This document shows positions 62,897-64,000 of a stretch of 64,000 nucleotides of DNA, in pieces. The translations under genes and the position numbers were made by a program. Source of the DNA: Isurus oxyrinchus (Eukaryota); assembly GCA_026770705.1 (NCBI GenBank), contig JANJGN010000042.1, forward strand, positions 5,084,001 to 5,148,000, in the 5' to 3' direction. Below the pieces are notes generated by a model. The model saw only the letters and a list, made by a program, of their open reading frames with translations. It had not been told where the DNA came from and did no database searches. Position 1 is the first letter of the stretch; each line of letters starts with the position of its first letter.

Positions 62897-63221
62897 TCAT
62901 CGGGGCTAATTGATTGCATTTCGGTCGATGCATTTTTTCTTACAATACAACTATATTAAACAAAGCCCTATCTGTGCCTGGAGCTCCCCAACTGACAGGT
63001 TTCAAGAGGTGCTAACGTGTTAATTATTAAATCAGTGGTTGCTGATTTCAATGCATGATCATCAGATACTCTGCGAAATACAAATAAAACAGTATAATTT
63101 ATAAAGTTTTAAAAATATTTCGCAATTTTACATTTTTGATAAAGTCGATCATGTTTTTACTTTGCCTCTCGGTTCGTAACATTTAAATTAATATTGAATT
63201 TCTCCCCTTGTGTGCAGAACT

Positions 63222-63308
63222 GGTTATTGTGTGACCCAGATCAGCGAATGTAACACAGTGACTATATTGATTACTGGGGCCAAGGAACCATGGTGACGGT
63301 GACTGCAG
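63222..63308 (+). other. IGHJ: IgH J segment (63261-63308, YIDYWGQGTMVTVTA) with 23-RSS
   Basis: GGTTATTGT (63222-30), 23 nt, CACAGTG (63254-60). WGxG motif, then a phase-1 GTAAGA donor at 63309. Confidence 0.96.
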
Positions 63309-64000
63309 GTAAGAAACAAGCCTTCATTCTGCGCTCTTGGATTTGCTTCATTGTTTCACATTTCTGTTTATTTTTGTCATTTATTTGTTAACCGAAACTT
63401 TGCATTCTATGTTTACAATGTTTCATTTAATTATGCTGCAAAGGGATTGAACAATTCTCCTGCTTCTCGGCAAAAAATAAAGCTATGGGAGTTTTAAGGA
63501 CTTCTTTGTGTGATTTGCCTTTTATCTGCTGATGAGGCTTTGTGCCTGGCTTACTTTAAATACATGAGTCTTGTTAATCAGTTTGGTGTTTCTACCATGT
63601 TTAATCTCGGTGACATCTGATTGCTGCAAGTTTTCTAATCGACTGATTACATTGTGTTTAAAAGTGTTGGAAATAAGATTATAGACAGGAAACCGAGTGC
63701 TATCAAGGTCAAAAATGTCATTTTAAACTATGGCTTTTAAAATAAATGTTTGCCATTTTTATTTGTGTTTAACTGCGCTGTAAAATATCAATATAATGCT
63801 GACCAACGTTCATCTTAAATAAGTGAAGTGCTACGATAACTAAGAACAACAGGGTTAACAAATTTGCTGCCTGGGTCAGGATTAAATGAAAACAACTTGA
63901 AACATTAAAATGCAGTAATGTCGCCAGATATTACTAAAGTATACAGTGAAAATCAACACAATGCATTAAACATGATGCATCGAAGTACAATTCTTCTGCC

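Noticed and set aside
63309-64000. Ig constant exon or switch region after J
   Set aside because: AT-rich intron only; no C1-set motifs or tandem switch repeats, so the isotype cannot be assigned here.

Overview
Eukaryotic (cartilaginous-fish, shark-like) genomic DNA, mostly repeats. The one clearly intact gene is at the right end: an unrearranged cluster-type immunoglobulin heavy-chain unit on the + strand (TATA, leader exon, VH, D1, D2, JH; 61471-63308) with RSS geometry V-23 / 12-D1-22 / 12-D2-12 / 23-J. The constant exons lie beyond the window. The left end has three decayed tRNA genes (Glu-TTC, Ser-TGA, intron-containing Ile-TAT). Between them are CR1, L2 and RTE LINE relics, SINEs, three young Penelope-type terminal-repeat insertions with target-site duplications (two with a complete minimal hammerhead-like motif), a 153-nt N gap and a ~10 kb 54-bp (2x27-bp) satellite with nested higher-order repeats. 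The most unexpected structure is an old, repeatedly duplicated module: a CTCF-like site with upstream motif, a 27-bp satellite arm, a conserved unique core, then an inverted satellite arm. Copies are forward in the left half of the window and reversed in the right half, so the CTCF-like sites converge across the big satellite and point away from the Ig promoter. Nearly all ORFs in the supplied track are repeat-derived. All alignments were done by eye, and repeat boundaries are approximate.
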